Source of the DNA: Synechococcaceae cyanobacterium
GTDB lineage: Bacteria > Cyanobacteriota > Cyanobacteriia > PCC-6307 > Cyanobiaceae
Length of the DNA: 62,671 nt
Assembly: GCA_947442825.1 (NCBI GenBank)
Contig: CANEWU010000001.1
Coordinates: forward strand, 1 to 62,671
Direction: 5' to 3'
Under the pieces are notes generated by a model that saw only the letters and a list, made by a program, of their open reading frames with translations, had not been told where the DNA came from and did no database searches. Every line of letters begins with the position of its first letter. Position 1 is the first letter of the stretch. A program made the translations under genes and the position numbers. Below, in pieces: positions 51,715 to 60,903 of the stretch.

Positions 51715-52161
51715 ATGCCCGCCTGGTTCACGATCCTGCTGGCGATGGCGGCGGTGGTGGCACTGCTCAACCCGCCACGGGAAGACTGGCTCTGGTTCCT
51801 GCGGCTGCGGCGGCCCGCCTGGCTCACCATCGAGCGCTGGATCCCCTTGATCTGGAGTGCGATCTACGCCTGCTTCTACGCCTCCGCCCTGCTGGCGTGG
51901 AACGCCGGGGGCGGCCTGGGGCGCATGGCGGGTTATCTGGGTCTGCTGGTGCTCGTGCAGAGCTACACCTGGGTGATCGGCCGCACACGGCGCCTCGCCA
52001 GCGGCACCATGGCCGGCCTGGCGGGATGGGTGTGGGGGGTGGCCCTGGCGGTGGCGACCGCACCGGTGTCCGCAATGGCGGCGCTGCTCCTGGTTCCTTT
52101 CCTGCTGTGGAGTCCGGTGGGCACCTTCGTGACCTGGCGGATGCAGCGCCTGAACCGCTGA
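51715..52161 (+). CDS. TspO/MBR family protein
   Basis: LRRPAWL, Trp-rich TMs, LLVPFLLWSP, C-terminal RLN. Confidence 0.85.
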   Translation: MPAWFTILLAMAAVVALLNPPREDWLWFLRLRRPAWLTIERWIPLIWSAIYACFYASALLAWNAGGGLGRMAGYLGLLVLVQSYTWVIGRTRRLASGTMAGLAGWVWGVALAVATAPVSAMAALLLVPFLLWSPVGTFVTWRMQRLNR

Positions 52162-52244
52162 GTCGGCCCACGAACCGCGACAGCATCCACGGCCACACAG
52201 TGCCTTTCTCGTCAGGATGGGCGAAGCGAATCGGGGGATGGGGC

Positions 52245-54911
52245 ATGGGGCGGCGACGGATCGGCGGAATGTCGTGGGCCGCCCTCACGGGGTTGCTCTT
52301 GCTTGCTGGGCAGGCCTCGGCTCGCCCCCCTGGGTCGCCCCATCCGGTCCGCTCCGCCCTGCCGCTGGTGGGCCTGGCCCTGGTGGTGGCGGCGGGGGGG
52401 CTGGGCACCCGGATCCTGAAACGCCAACGGGGCGGCGTTCGCGCTGGCACACCCCCTAAAGCTGCCGCGCCTGGCCCAACTGAGCGCGTTGCCGCCCATC
52501 TGCCACACCCTCCGGGCCTGGCCCTGGCTCGGTCCCCTGAAGCGGATGGCCCCACCGCCCAGCCCCTCGAGTTTCCCGCTGAGCCCCCCGAGGAGCTGCT
52601 GGATTTCGCCAGGGCTCTGGCGAACCCCGGAGGGCGGGCGGCGATCGTCGGCCACCCGGGCAGCGGCCGGCGCCATCAGGCCCGGGCCGTCGCCTCCCTC
52701 GCAAGCACCCCTGGATCCCGGCCCCCCCTGGCCGTGCACCTCGATGCCAGCCGCGGCTTCACCGACCTGGCTCTGCAGCTTCTGGCGTGGCAGCAGGCCC
52801 AGGGGGCTCCTGCAGCGCTGAGCGAGGGGGAAACCCTCAACGAACTGATCCGCCGCAGCAAGCCGCGAGCGCCGGGATCTCTGCTCCTGGTGCTGGAAAA
52901 TCTCCCCAGCGAGCAGGCTGGTCAGGCCCTGGAGCAGCGGTTGAGCCAGCTGCTGCCCCCCTGGTGCGGCCGCTTGGTCACCCAGCGAAACCTCACCGAG
53001 ACCGGCGGATCCTGCCTGCCTCTCGACGGGCTTCCCGAGCCGGCGGCCCTGGCCCTGCTGCGGGGCCCCGCTCCCCTGGGCGCCCCCCAGGAGCAGGCAT
53101 GCCGCGAGCTGGTGCACCGCACCGCTGGGCTGCCCTTGCCCCTCATCTGGCTGGCCCGGGCGTCGCGGAGGCAAGGACCGAGCTTCTGGAGCGAGATGCT
53201 GGCGCGCCATCGTGCCCTGGAACCGGAGGCCCTGGCGCCCCTGGCAGCCCGCTCTCCCCTGGCTGAAACCCCAGGCTGCGCCTCGCTGTTGCTAGCTCTG
53301 TGGCGCGATCTGGCTGCGCCGGCCCAACGGCTGGGCCTGTTGCTCGGGGCGATGGCCCCCACGCCTGTGCCCACCGAGCTGCTGGATCTCTGCCGCTCGC
53401 TCGAACCTGCCAGCGCCCCTCCAGAGGGTCTGGAGGAGCTGGAGAAGGCGGGTCTGGTGGCGATCCGTCCACCGGCAGCGGGCCAACCCGAAGTGCTGGA
53501 GATCCACGGACTGGTGCATGCGTTTCTGCGGGTGCAGCGCCGTCTGGATCCGGAGGGAGACGCCTTGGCGCGCGCGACCCTCCTGCTCGCCCTGGGCCGT
53601 CACGCCCACGGGCACATCCCCACCGGATTGCCGCTGGCGGAGCGTCTCCCCCTGGCCCCCCTGCTCCCCCACCTTCGCGAGGTGGTGACTCGCGAGCGGC
53701 GACAACGCCCCGAGGCAGAACTGATCTGGCCGGTGCTGGGACTTGGACGGCTACTGGAAGGGCTGGAGGGCGATGAGGACACCCGTCTTCTGCAGGCATG
53801 CCTGGAGATCAGCGAAAGCGTTTTGGGCCCGGACCATCCCGACACGGCGGTGGCGCTTCTCAACCTGGCGGCGATGTACGACACCGCCGCGAACGGTGAT
53901 GCACGGGCCGAAGCCCTCCTTGTTCGTGCGCTGGCGCTTCGCCGCTCCTGCTTTGGAGACGAGGACCCGGCGACCATGGCCGCCCAGGCCCGGCTGGGGA
54001 TGGTGATCGCAGGCCGGGGGGAACGGGAACGGGCGATCCCCCTGCTGGAGGAGGCCCTGGCGGCCCGCGAACGGCGCCAGGGAAGCCTGCATCCGGATCT
54101 GCTGGGTTCTCTGGAGCGGTTAATGGGGCTCCAGGAGGCCCACGGTGCCCACGCGCGCGCCGAACGGCTCGGCCGACGCATCCTGGAAATCCAGGAGAAG
54201 CTGCTGGAGGACGACCTTCCCGAGCGGGCCGTGATCCTGCAGCGGTTGGGCCATCTGCAGGAGCTCCAGGGCCAACCCCAGCGGGCTGAGTCCTATTACC
54301 GCAGCGCGCTCGAGGGGCTCCGCGCCCACTTCGGGCAGGACGACCCTGCCCTGGCGCCGCTCCTGGGCCGCCTGGGGGGCCTGGCACTGGGCCGGGGCGA
54401 GGAACAGCAGGCCGAGCAGCACTTCCGCCATGCCCTGGCGCTGGTGCCGAACGACCAGCCGGAGGCGGCTCGGTGGCTGCAGGATCTTGCCCGGCTGCAC
54501 CAGGGGCGGGGGGAGCTGGCGGAGGCCGAACGCCTGAGCCGCGAGGCGCTGTCGCTGCGGGAACGCACCGTGGGGCCCTGGCATCCGGAGACGGCCAGTG
54601 CTCTCAATCAGCTGGCCTGGCTGCGGAGCCAGGGGCAGGCGGCTGGCGAGGCCCTGACACTCTGCGAGCGGGCCCTGGCGATCCGACGCCGCAGCCTCGG
54701 CTCGCACCATCTCGAGACCGCCTCCTCCCTGAACACCCTTGCAGCCCTGCACGAGCAGGCCAATGATCCGGAGGAAGCGCTGGCGCTCTACCAGGAGGCC
54801 CTGGAAATTACCGAAACCCAGCTCGGACCTGACCATCCAGGCAGTCGTACGGTGCGTGCCAACCTGCGCAGCTGCAGGGCGCTGGTGGAGCAGTTGCGGC
54901 AGGCTTCCTGA
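52245..54911 (+). CDS. Membrane-anchored NB-ARC-like + TPR repeat protein (start 52245 or 52269)
   Basis: Two N-terminal hydrophobic segments; GHPGSGRR, LLLVLENL, GLPLPL, IHGLV; kinesin-light-chain-type TPRs (HPDTA..L.NLA). Confidence 0.8.
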   Translation: MGRRRIGGMSWAALTGLLLLAGQASARPPGSPHPVRSALPLVGLALVVAAGGLGTRILKRQRGGVRAGTPPKAAAPGPTERVAAHLPHPPGLALARSPEADGPTAQPLEFPAEPPEELLDFARALANPGGRAAIVGHPGSGRRHQARAVASLASTPGSRPPLAVHLDASRGFTDLALQLLAWQQAQGAPAALSEGETLNELIRRSKPRAPGSLLLVLENLPSEQAGQALEQRLSQLLPPWCGRLVTQRNLTETGGSCLPLDGLPEPAALALLRGPAPLGAPQEQACRELVHRTAGLPLPLIWLARASRRQGPSFWSEMLARHRALEPEALAPLAARSPLAETPGCASLLLALWRDLAAPAQRLGLLLGAMAPTPVPTELLDLCRSLEPASAPPEGLEELEKAGLVAIRPPAAGQPEVLEIHGLVHAFLRVQRRLDPEGDALARATLLLALGRHAHGHIPTGLPLAERLPLAPLLPHLREVVTRERRQRPEAELIWPVLGLGRLLEGLEGDEDTRLLQACLEISESVLGPDHPDTAVALLNLAAMYDTAANGDARAEALLVRALALRRSCFGDEDPATMAAQARLGMVIAGRGERERAIPLLEEALAARERRQGSLHPDLLGSLERLMGLQEAHGAHARAERLGRRILEIQEKLLEDDLPERAVILQRLGHLQELQGQPQRAESYYRSALEGLRAHFGQDDPALAPLLGRLGGLALGRGEEQQAEQHFRHALALVPNDQPEAARWLQDLARLHQGRGELAEAERLSREALSLRERTVGPWHPETASALNQLAWLRSQGQAAGEALTLCERALAIRRRSLGSHHLETASSLNTLAALHEQANDPEEALALYQEALEITETQLGPDHPGSRTVRANLRSCRALVEQLRQAS

Positions 54912-54956
54912 AGTCCGCCAGATCCCTGCCGCTGCCGCGGGCGCCGCAGACGCCCT

Positions 54957-55160
54957 TCAATTCCAGGCAGCCATCCGCGAACGGGGCTCGTCGACATCGA
55001 TGCCAGCAGCGGTGAGCTCCCCCGTCGGCGGGCAGGGGCTGAGGAGGCGGGACCCCAGGAGCAGCCGTCGTCGCTCCCCGCTGCGCAGGTCGATGCGTTC
55101 GACGGGCTGGTCATCGCACCAGCGATACGCGTAGGGACCCTGGAACGAATAGTGATCCAT
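54957..55160 (-). CDS. 67-aa hypothetical protein
   Basis: ATG with upstream GGAG; MDHYSFQGPYAYRWCDDQPVERIDLRSGERRR. Confidence 0.5.
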   Translation of the reverse strand: MDHYSFQGPYAYRWCDDQPVERIDLRSGERRRLLLGSRLLSPCPPTGELTAAGIDVDEPRSRMAAWN

Positions 55161-55307
55161 GGGTCCACCAGCTGAGTCTCCAGCCTGAAGGGCCCCGTGC
55201 CCGGAACCGGCGATGCGCATCGTTTCTTGAGACGTTTCCCAGCGGTGCCCCCCACGCCCCGCTGCACGACGCGCTGGGCCAGCTCACCTTCATCGGCGAG
55301 GACGGGC

Positions 55308-55348
55308 CGCCGGTAGCAGGAGGACGGTCGCCGGTAGCAGGAGGACGG
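55308..55348. repeat. Intergenic 20-bp direct repeat, period 21
   Basis: CGCCGGTAGCAGGAGGACGG at 55308-55327 and 55329-55348. Confidence 0.92.
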
Positions 55349-55374
55349 ACCCCTCCCTGCGGCAGGCTGGAGCC

Positions 55375-56064
55375 ATGACGCGACCTGCGGCCTGCCTGTT
55401 CGACCTCGATGGACTGCTGCTCGACACCGAGCCGCTCCATGCCCAGGCCTGGCGGGAGGCTGCCGCAGCCTTCCGGCGCCCCCTGAGCGACGCCGAGCTG
55501 CTGGTGTTGCGGGGCCGCCGCCGGTTGGAAAACAGCGAACAGGTACGCCGCTGGATCGCCGAAGTCGGTGCTCCCCCGCCCAGCAGCGAGGAGCTCCTGG
55601 CGGTACAGCAGCCGATCGCCCGGAGGCTGCTGCGGAACGCGCGCGCCATGCCAGGAGCCCCCGAGCTGGTGGCCCGCTGTGCGGCACTGGCGATCCCCAC
55701 CGCGCTGGTAACCAGCAGCAGCAGTGCTTCGCTGGCGGTGAAGTCCGCCGGCCATCCCTGGCTGGCGGCGATGGCGCCGGTGATCCTGGGCGACGATCCG
55801 GAGCTGGGGGCGGGCAAACCGGCGCCGGATCCCTTTCTGTTGGCGGCCCGCCGACTGGGGGTGGAGGCGCAGGCCTGCTGGGCCTTCGAGGATTCCCCCG
55901 CCGGGGCCCGCTCTGCCGCCGCCGCCGGCTGCCGCGTGCATGTGCTGATACCGGACGACGTGCCTAAGGACCAGCTGGGGCGCCTCTACGACGCCTCCTG
56001 GGTGTTCCTGCAGAGCCTGGAGCAGGTGCGTATGGAAGGGGAGGGGCTCAGTACAGTCGGCTGA
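55375..56064 (+). CDS. HAD-IA family phosphatase
   Basis: FDLDGLLLDTE, LVTSS, KPAPDPFL, FEDS. Confidence 0.92.
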   Translation: MTRPAACLFDLDGLLLDTEPLHAQAWREAAAAFRRPLSDAELLVLRGRRRLENSEQVRRWIAEVGAPPPSSEELLAVQQPIARRLLRNARAMPGAPELVARCAALAIPTALVTSSSSASLAVKSAGHPWLAAMAPVILGDDPELGAGKPAPDPFLLAARRLGVEAQACWAFEDSPAGARSAAAAGCRVHVLIPDDVPKDQLGRLYDASWVFLQSLEQVRMEGEGLSTVG

Positions 56065-57019
56065 GCACGAATTCCGGCAGGGCCCGCAGCGCGCTGCGGG
56101 AGTCTGAGGGGGGCAGCCATTCGAGGGCAGAGTGGGCCTCGCGCGCGAAGCCCTCCGCGAGCGCCCGGGCCCGGGGGATCGCCTCGCAACCACGCACCAG
56201 ATCCAGGGCCTGCTCCAGGTCGCCCTCCTGGCTAAATTCCCGCTCAATCAGACCGGCCAGCGCTGGACGCTCCTCGAGGGCGTAGAGGGCGGGAGCGGTG
56301 AGGTAGCCGGAGGCAAGATCGCTGGCGGCCGGTTTGCCCAGCTGCTGGTCGCTGCCGGTGAAATCAAGGATGTCATCCACCACCTGGAAGGCCAGGCCCA
56401 GCTGACGGCCGAAGTGCTGCAGGGAATCGAGGCGCTCGCCGGGGAGGGCGGAAAGCACCCCCGCGGCGCGGGCACTGTTGGCGATCAGGGAGGCGGTTTT
56501 GCAGTAGCTCTTTTCGAGGTAGGTCTCGAAGCTCTGGCCGGTGTCGTAGCGGAACAGCCCCTGCTTCACCTCTCCATCCGCCAGATCCATGATCACGCGG
56601 GAGAGGAGTTTGACCACCTCAAGATCGTCGAGATTGGCGAGATGCCAACTGGCCTGGGCGAAGAGAAAATCGCCTGCCAGAACCGCCACCCTGTGGTTGA
56701 AGCGGCTGTGGACCGTGGCCACGCCCCGGCGGGTGGCCGCCTCGTCCACCACGTCGTCGTGGACGAGGGAGGCGGTGTGGATCATCTCGGTGATCTCCGC
56801 CAGGCGGCGATGGCGAGCACTCAAGCCGCCATCCGGGGCGATGGCGCGGGAAAGGAGCAGCACGATGCCAGGCCGAAGACGCTTGCCCCCGGCGGAGAAC
56901 AAATGCTCGGCCGCAGCCTGAAGGATCGGGTGACCCGCCCCAATGAGGGCACGAAGGTCGGCCAGCAGGGCATCGAGGTCCGACTCGACCGGCTGTAGCA
57001 GCTCTGCGACCGTCGTCAC
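56048..57019 (-). CDS. sds: Solanesyl diphosphate synthase
   Basis: GGKRLRP, HDDVVD, FQVVDDILD. Confidence 0.92.
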   Translation of the reverse strand: MTTVAELLQPVESDLDALLADLRALIGAGHPILQAAAEHLFSAGGKRLRPGIVLLLSRAIAPDGGLSARHRRLAEITEMIHTASLVHDDVVDEAATRRGVATVHSRFNHRVAVLAGDFLFAQASWHLANLDDLEVVKLLSRVIMDLADGEVKQGLFRYDTGQSFETYLEKSYCKTASLIANSARAAGVLSALPGERLDSLQHFGRQLGLAFQVVDDILDFTGSDQQLGKPAASDLASGYLTAPALYALEERPALAGLIEREFSQEGDLEQALDLVRGCEAIPRARALAEGFAREAHSALEWLPPSDSRSALRALPEFVLSRLY

Positions 57020-57043
57020 GCGATCTCCTGTTGGGCCGCGATC

Positions 57044-57961
57044 CTAGGGGGCACCTGGGGGCGAGTGCTGACGGCAAGCCGTCCAGGCCGGCAGGTGCTC
57101 GCCGCTGGCATCCCAATGGATCTCCTCGCTGCCGGTCGTTCGATCGATCAGCCGGGCGGCATCACGATCGAACGCCAGGGCCTCGCCGGTGGTGAGAAAG
57201 CGATGGGTAACGGTGGGGGTGGATGGAGCCTCCAGCCCGTAGTGGTGCAGCAGGGACGCCAGATGGCGCGCCACCGCCGGGGCCGGATCAATCACGGCCA
57301 CTTCTCTACCCACCAGGCGGCGGATCGTCTCGACCACGAAGGGATAGTGGGTGCAGCCCAGCACGATCGTGTCAGCGCCAGCGGCGAGCATCGGCCCTAG
57401 GAAGCGGCGCAGCAGGGCTTCGGTTTCCGGCCCCTCTAGGGCCCCGGCCTCCACCCGGTCGGCAAGGCCCAGACACACCTGCTCCACCACCTGCACCGAC
57501 GTGGCGTGGCGACCCACCGTGGCGCGGTAAAGGCGGCCCTGGAAGGTGGCGGGGGTGGCCATCACGCCCACCACTCCGGAGCGGGTGCGGGCCACTGCCG
57601 GCTTCACGGCGGGCTCCAGCCCCACCATCAAGGTGCCCGGGAAACACTCGCGCAGGTGATGGAGCGCCACGGCTGAGGCGGTGTTGCAAGCCACCACCAC
57701 CGCCTTGCAGCCGGCCTGCACGAGGGAGGAGCCGATCGCTTCGCAGAAGCGGCGGATCTCCTGGGGCTGCCGGTCGCCGTAGGGCACATGGGCACGGTCC
57801 GCGAGGTAGAGGGTGGATTCGGCCGGCAGCTGGCGCACGATCTCCCGCCACACGCTCAGGCCCCCCAGCCCGGAGTCGAACACCCCGATCGGAGCCGCCG
57901 GGTCACCGCGTCCGGGGCGAAGCGGGGCGGCGGTGCTGACACAGGTCGGCGTGGGGCTCAT
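57044..57961 (-). CDS. murI: Glutamate racemase
   Basis: GVFDSGLGGLSV, ACNTAS, LGCTHYP. Confidence 0.95.
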   Translation of the reverse strand: MSPTPTCVSTAAPLRPGRGDPAAPIGVFDSGLGGLSVWREIVRQLPAESTLYLADRAHVPYGDRQPQEIRRFCEAIGSSLVQAGCKAVVVACNTASAVALHHLRECFPGTLMVGLEPAVKPAVARTRSGVVGVMATPATFQGRLYRATVGRHATSVQVVEQVCLGLADRVEAGALEGPETEALLRRFLGPMLAAGADTIVLGCTHYPFVVETIRRLVGREVAVIDPAPAVARHLASLLHHYGLEAPSTPTVTHRFLTTGEALAFDRDAARLIDRTTGSEEIHWDASGEHLPAWTACRQHSPPGAP

Positions 57962-59100
57962 GAAGCGCCCAGATAGTTGAGAATGCCGGCGGCCACGGCC
58001 TGGGCAAGCCGGCGGCGGTACGCGGGATCCGCCAGGCGGGGGGCATCCACCTCACCGGTGACGAAGCCCATCTCCACCAGAGCCGAAGGCATCACCGTGC
58101 GGCGGATCACGAAGAAGCGGCCAGGACGGGCGCCGCGATCAGGGGTGCCAGGGGAGATCGCCATCAGCTGCTGCTGAATCGCTTCCGCCAGGAACTGGGA
58201 GCGGCCACCCGCGAAATAGAAGGTTTCGATGCCGTTCACGTCCGGCCGCTCCATGCTCAAGGCGTTGGCGTGCACGCTCACGAACACATCAGCGCCGCTG
58301 CTGTTGGCCAGGGTCACCCGCGGCGGCAGGTCAACGTCCACCTCCGTGGTGCGGGTCAGCAGCACCTGCACACCGCGGGCCTGCAGCAACCGCGCAAGCT
58401 GCAGGCTCACATCGAGCACCACATCGGTTTCGCGCAGACCACCGATGCCCACGGCGCCGGGGTCGGGGCCGCCGTGGCCGGGGTCGATGACGACCCGGAA
58501 GCGGCCCCGGGGCACCTGGGGAAGGCCCTCGGCCGAGGGCGGTGGACCGCTGGGCACGAAGCCAGGCGCGGCTCCCAGGCGCGGCGAGCGGCGTGCCGTC
58601 CAGGTGGGGGCGGCATCGACATCCCCCTCTCCCACCGCCAGCAGGCTTCCGGGCCGCAGGCCACTGATCTCCATGCGCCAGCGATCGCGGGCGGTGCCCA
58701 CCAGGCGCAGCTGGCGCGGGTCCAGGCGCGTACCTGGCAGAAACTCCAGCACCAGGCGTGTGGTGGAAGGATCGGGCTTGCCGATGCGCACCTCCCGCAA
58801 CACGCCCCCGCCGGACACGGTGCGCGGGCGGATCGGGGCGCCCGGCAGGTCGATCCACAGCCGTGGGCCTCGGCCGCCGGTTCCCTCCTCGAAATAGGCC
58901 TGCAGGGGCACGCCTGGGCTGGTGCGCAGCTCCAGCACCCCGTCGGGGTTGATCCGCCAGGCGGAGAGGGCGCTGGCGGCCCACGCCGGCAGGGCGGCAA
59001 GCGTGCTGAGGGCGCCACCGAGCACGGCAGCGGCTATGCCACCCGCCAGGGCGGAGGCGGCAGGGCGCCGCCTGGCTCCAATCGCCGCGCGCCTCGCCAT
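57958..59100 (-). CDS. N-acetylmuramoyl-L-alanine amidase with AMIN-like domain
   Basis: IDPGHGGPDPGA, SVHAN, LVEMGF; signal peptide. Confidence 0.92.
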   Translation of the reverse strand: MARRAAIGARRRPAASALAGGIAAAVLGGALSTLAALPAWAASALSAWRINPDGVLELRTSPGVPLQAYFEEGTGGRGPRLWIDLPGAPIRPRTVSGGGVLREVRIGKPDPSTTRLVLEFLPGTRLDPRQLRLVGTARDRWRMEISGLRPGSLLAVGEGDVDAAPTWTARRSPRLGAAPGFVPSGPPPSAEGLPQVPRGRFRVVIDPGHGGPDPGAVGIGGLRETDVVLDVSLQLARLLQARGVQVLLTRTTEVDVDLPPRVTLANSSGADVFVSVHANALSMERPDVNGIETFYFAGGRSQFLAEAIQQQLMAISPGTPDRGARPGRFFVIRRTVMPSALVEMGFVTGEVDAPRLADPAYRRRLAQAVAAGILNYLGAS

Positions 59101-59108
59101 CAAGGTCG

Positions 59109-59927
59109 TCAGAAGAGGGCGGGCCGGCGGTGCTGCAGGCTCGGCATCTGGGCACGGACTCGCTGGCCATGGCCGGTGTCAACCGGGGCTACCGCCATGC
59201 CCGGCGCCAGGCCCGCGTCGGACAGCACGGTGCCCCAGGGATCGATCACCAGGGCATGGCCATGGGTTTGGCGGCGGCCGTAATGCAGACCGGTCTGGGC
59301 CGGGGCCACCACGTAGGCGGTGTTCTCGATCGCCCGCGACTGCAGCAGCACCTGCCAGTGGTCCTTGCCGGTGTAGGCGGTGAAGGCGGCGGGCACAAAC
59401 AGGAGTTCGGCCCCGGCGCCCGCCAGATGGCGGTAGAGCTCCGGGAAGCGCACGTCGTAACAAATGGAGAGGCCGACCCGGCAGAGACCGGGTACATCCA
59501 CCACCGGAGGCAGCGCCGTGCCGGGGCGCACGGTGGCCGACTCGCGATAGGTGACGCCGTCGGGGATGTCGACGTCAAACAGGTGGATCTTGTCGTAGCG
59601 GGCCAGCACCACCCCTTCGGTGCTCACCAGCTCGGCGCGGTTGTAGGTCTGGTTGTCGCCGGCGGGCACGGGGAAACCGCCGCCCAGGAGGGTCACCTGG
59701 TAGCGGCGGGCCATGGTGACCAGGAAGGCGCTGCAGCGCTCGGCCAACTGGGGGGCGATCGCGAGGCGTTTCTCGTCGTCGCCCATGAAGGCAAAGTTTT
59801 CCGGCAGGCCCACCAGATCGGCGCCGCGGCGGGCGGCCATCTCGATCTGCTCCTCGGCAGCCGCAAAATTGGCGTCCGGGTCGGAGGTGCTGGTGAGTTG
59901 CAGGGCCGCAGCCAGAAAACCGCTCAC
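59109..59927 (-). CDS. Carbon-nitrogen hydrolase (Nit1-like)
   Basis: LPE, YDKIHLFD, ICYDVRFPE, RAIEN, DPWG. Confidence 0.92.
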   Translation of the reverse strand: MSGFLAAALQLTSTSDPDANFAAAEEQIEMAARRGADLVGLPENFAFMGDDEKRLAIAPQLAERCSAFLVTMARRYQVTLLGGGFPVPAGDNQTYNRAELVSTEGVVLARYDKIHLFDVDIPDGVTYRESATVRPGTALPPVVDVPGLCRVGLSICYDVRFPELYRHLAGAGAELLFVPAAFTAYTGKDHWQVLLQSRAIENTAYVVAPAQTGLHYGRRQTHGHALVIDPWGTVLSDAGLAPGMAVAPVDTGHGQRVRAQMPSLQHRRPALF

Positions 59928-60010
59928 CGTTGCTCCGATCAAGACGGCCGAACTGTAGGGGAGGGCACCGGCGGGGCAAGGGGCCACCTGTCCGCGGAGG
60001 CCGGCCCGGC

Positions 60011-60766
60011 TCAGCCCGCCCGCAGCACGCCCGGCTGCGCCTGCGTCGGCACGATCGTGAGGCTGTCAACCGCGGCGCAGCAGGCGAAGTCGGCGTCGTG
60101 GTTGCCGAGGCCAATCAGCCGCTGGCCATGGCTGGCGGCCCGCAAACAGGTTTCGGTGTCGAGGTGCCACTGCTGCCAGAGGGCCAGGGCGGCGAGGGCC
60201 TCGTCGTTGGCCAGGGTCACGCCCATGTGGGGGGCGACCGCCAGCTCGGTGGCGGCGGAGATCACGGCGCCGGCGGCGAGGCTGTCCTCCAGGGAGTAAT
60301 CGCCCTCCCAGCCGCTGCCCACGATCCACACCTCGCGGGCCCCGCGCTCCAGCAGACGACGGGCCACGGCGGTGCGATTCGGCAGGCAGGCGGTGAGCAG
60401 CAACGGCACCTCGATCACGGCGGCCAAGGAGCGGGTGCCGTTGGTGGTGCTCATAAAGATGCGCTTGCCCCCCACCAGCTCGGGGGTGACGGCCAGGGGG
60501 GAGTTGCCCAGGTCGTAGCCCTCCACACGCTTGCCGCCGCGCTCGCCAGCCCGCAGGGTGCGCTCGGCCGGCCAGGCGGCGGCGGCGGTCTCCAACGCAC
60601 CCAGATCGGCGAAGGCCTGGATCGCCTCGGCACCGTTCTGCAGCGACCAGGCGATGGTGGTGGTGGCCCGCAATACGTCGATCACAACGGCCGCATCGGG
60701 GCCGCCGGCCTGGGGCGGGGCGACGGGCGGCACGGCCTCGGAGGTGTGGAAGTAGGAAATCCGCAA
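60011..60766 (-). CDS. comB: 2-phosphosulfolactate phosphatase family protein
   Basis: [28 protein letters not shown]. Confidence 0.9.
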   Translation of the reverse strand: MRISYFHTSEAVPPVAPPQAGGPDAAVVIDVLRATTTIAWSLQNGAEAIQAFADLGALETAAAAWPAERTLRAGERGGKRVEGYDLGNSPLAVTPELVGGKRIFMSTTNGTRSLAAVIEVPLLLTACLPNRTAVARRLLERGAREVWIVGSGWEGDYSLEDSLAAGAVISAATELAVAPHMGVTLANDEALAALALWQQWHLDTETCLRAASHGQRLIGLGNHDADFACCAAVDSLTIVPTQAQPGVLRAG

Positions 60767-60903
60767 GGGGAGACCGGCGAGTGCCGGCGAGTGTGGCAGA
60801 GCGGAGCGGGCGTAAGGCTGGAACCGCGGTCCCCTCCGGCCGGCCGTGGTCAGGCGATGCCCGATTCCCTGCGCCAGAGTGCGCCCAGCCGCTGCCGCGA
60901 TCG

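Noticed and set aside
49346-51850. 834-aa plus-strand ORF and similar long antisense ORFs (4296-5969, 13683-15362, 39741-41138)
   Set aside because: Mirror frames of well-supported genes with no recognisable motifs.
51678-52244. Apparent 1077-aa version of the TPR protein
   Set aside because: The upstream part is an alternate frame of tspO; the plausible start is 52245 or 52269.
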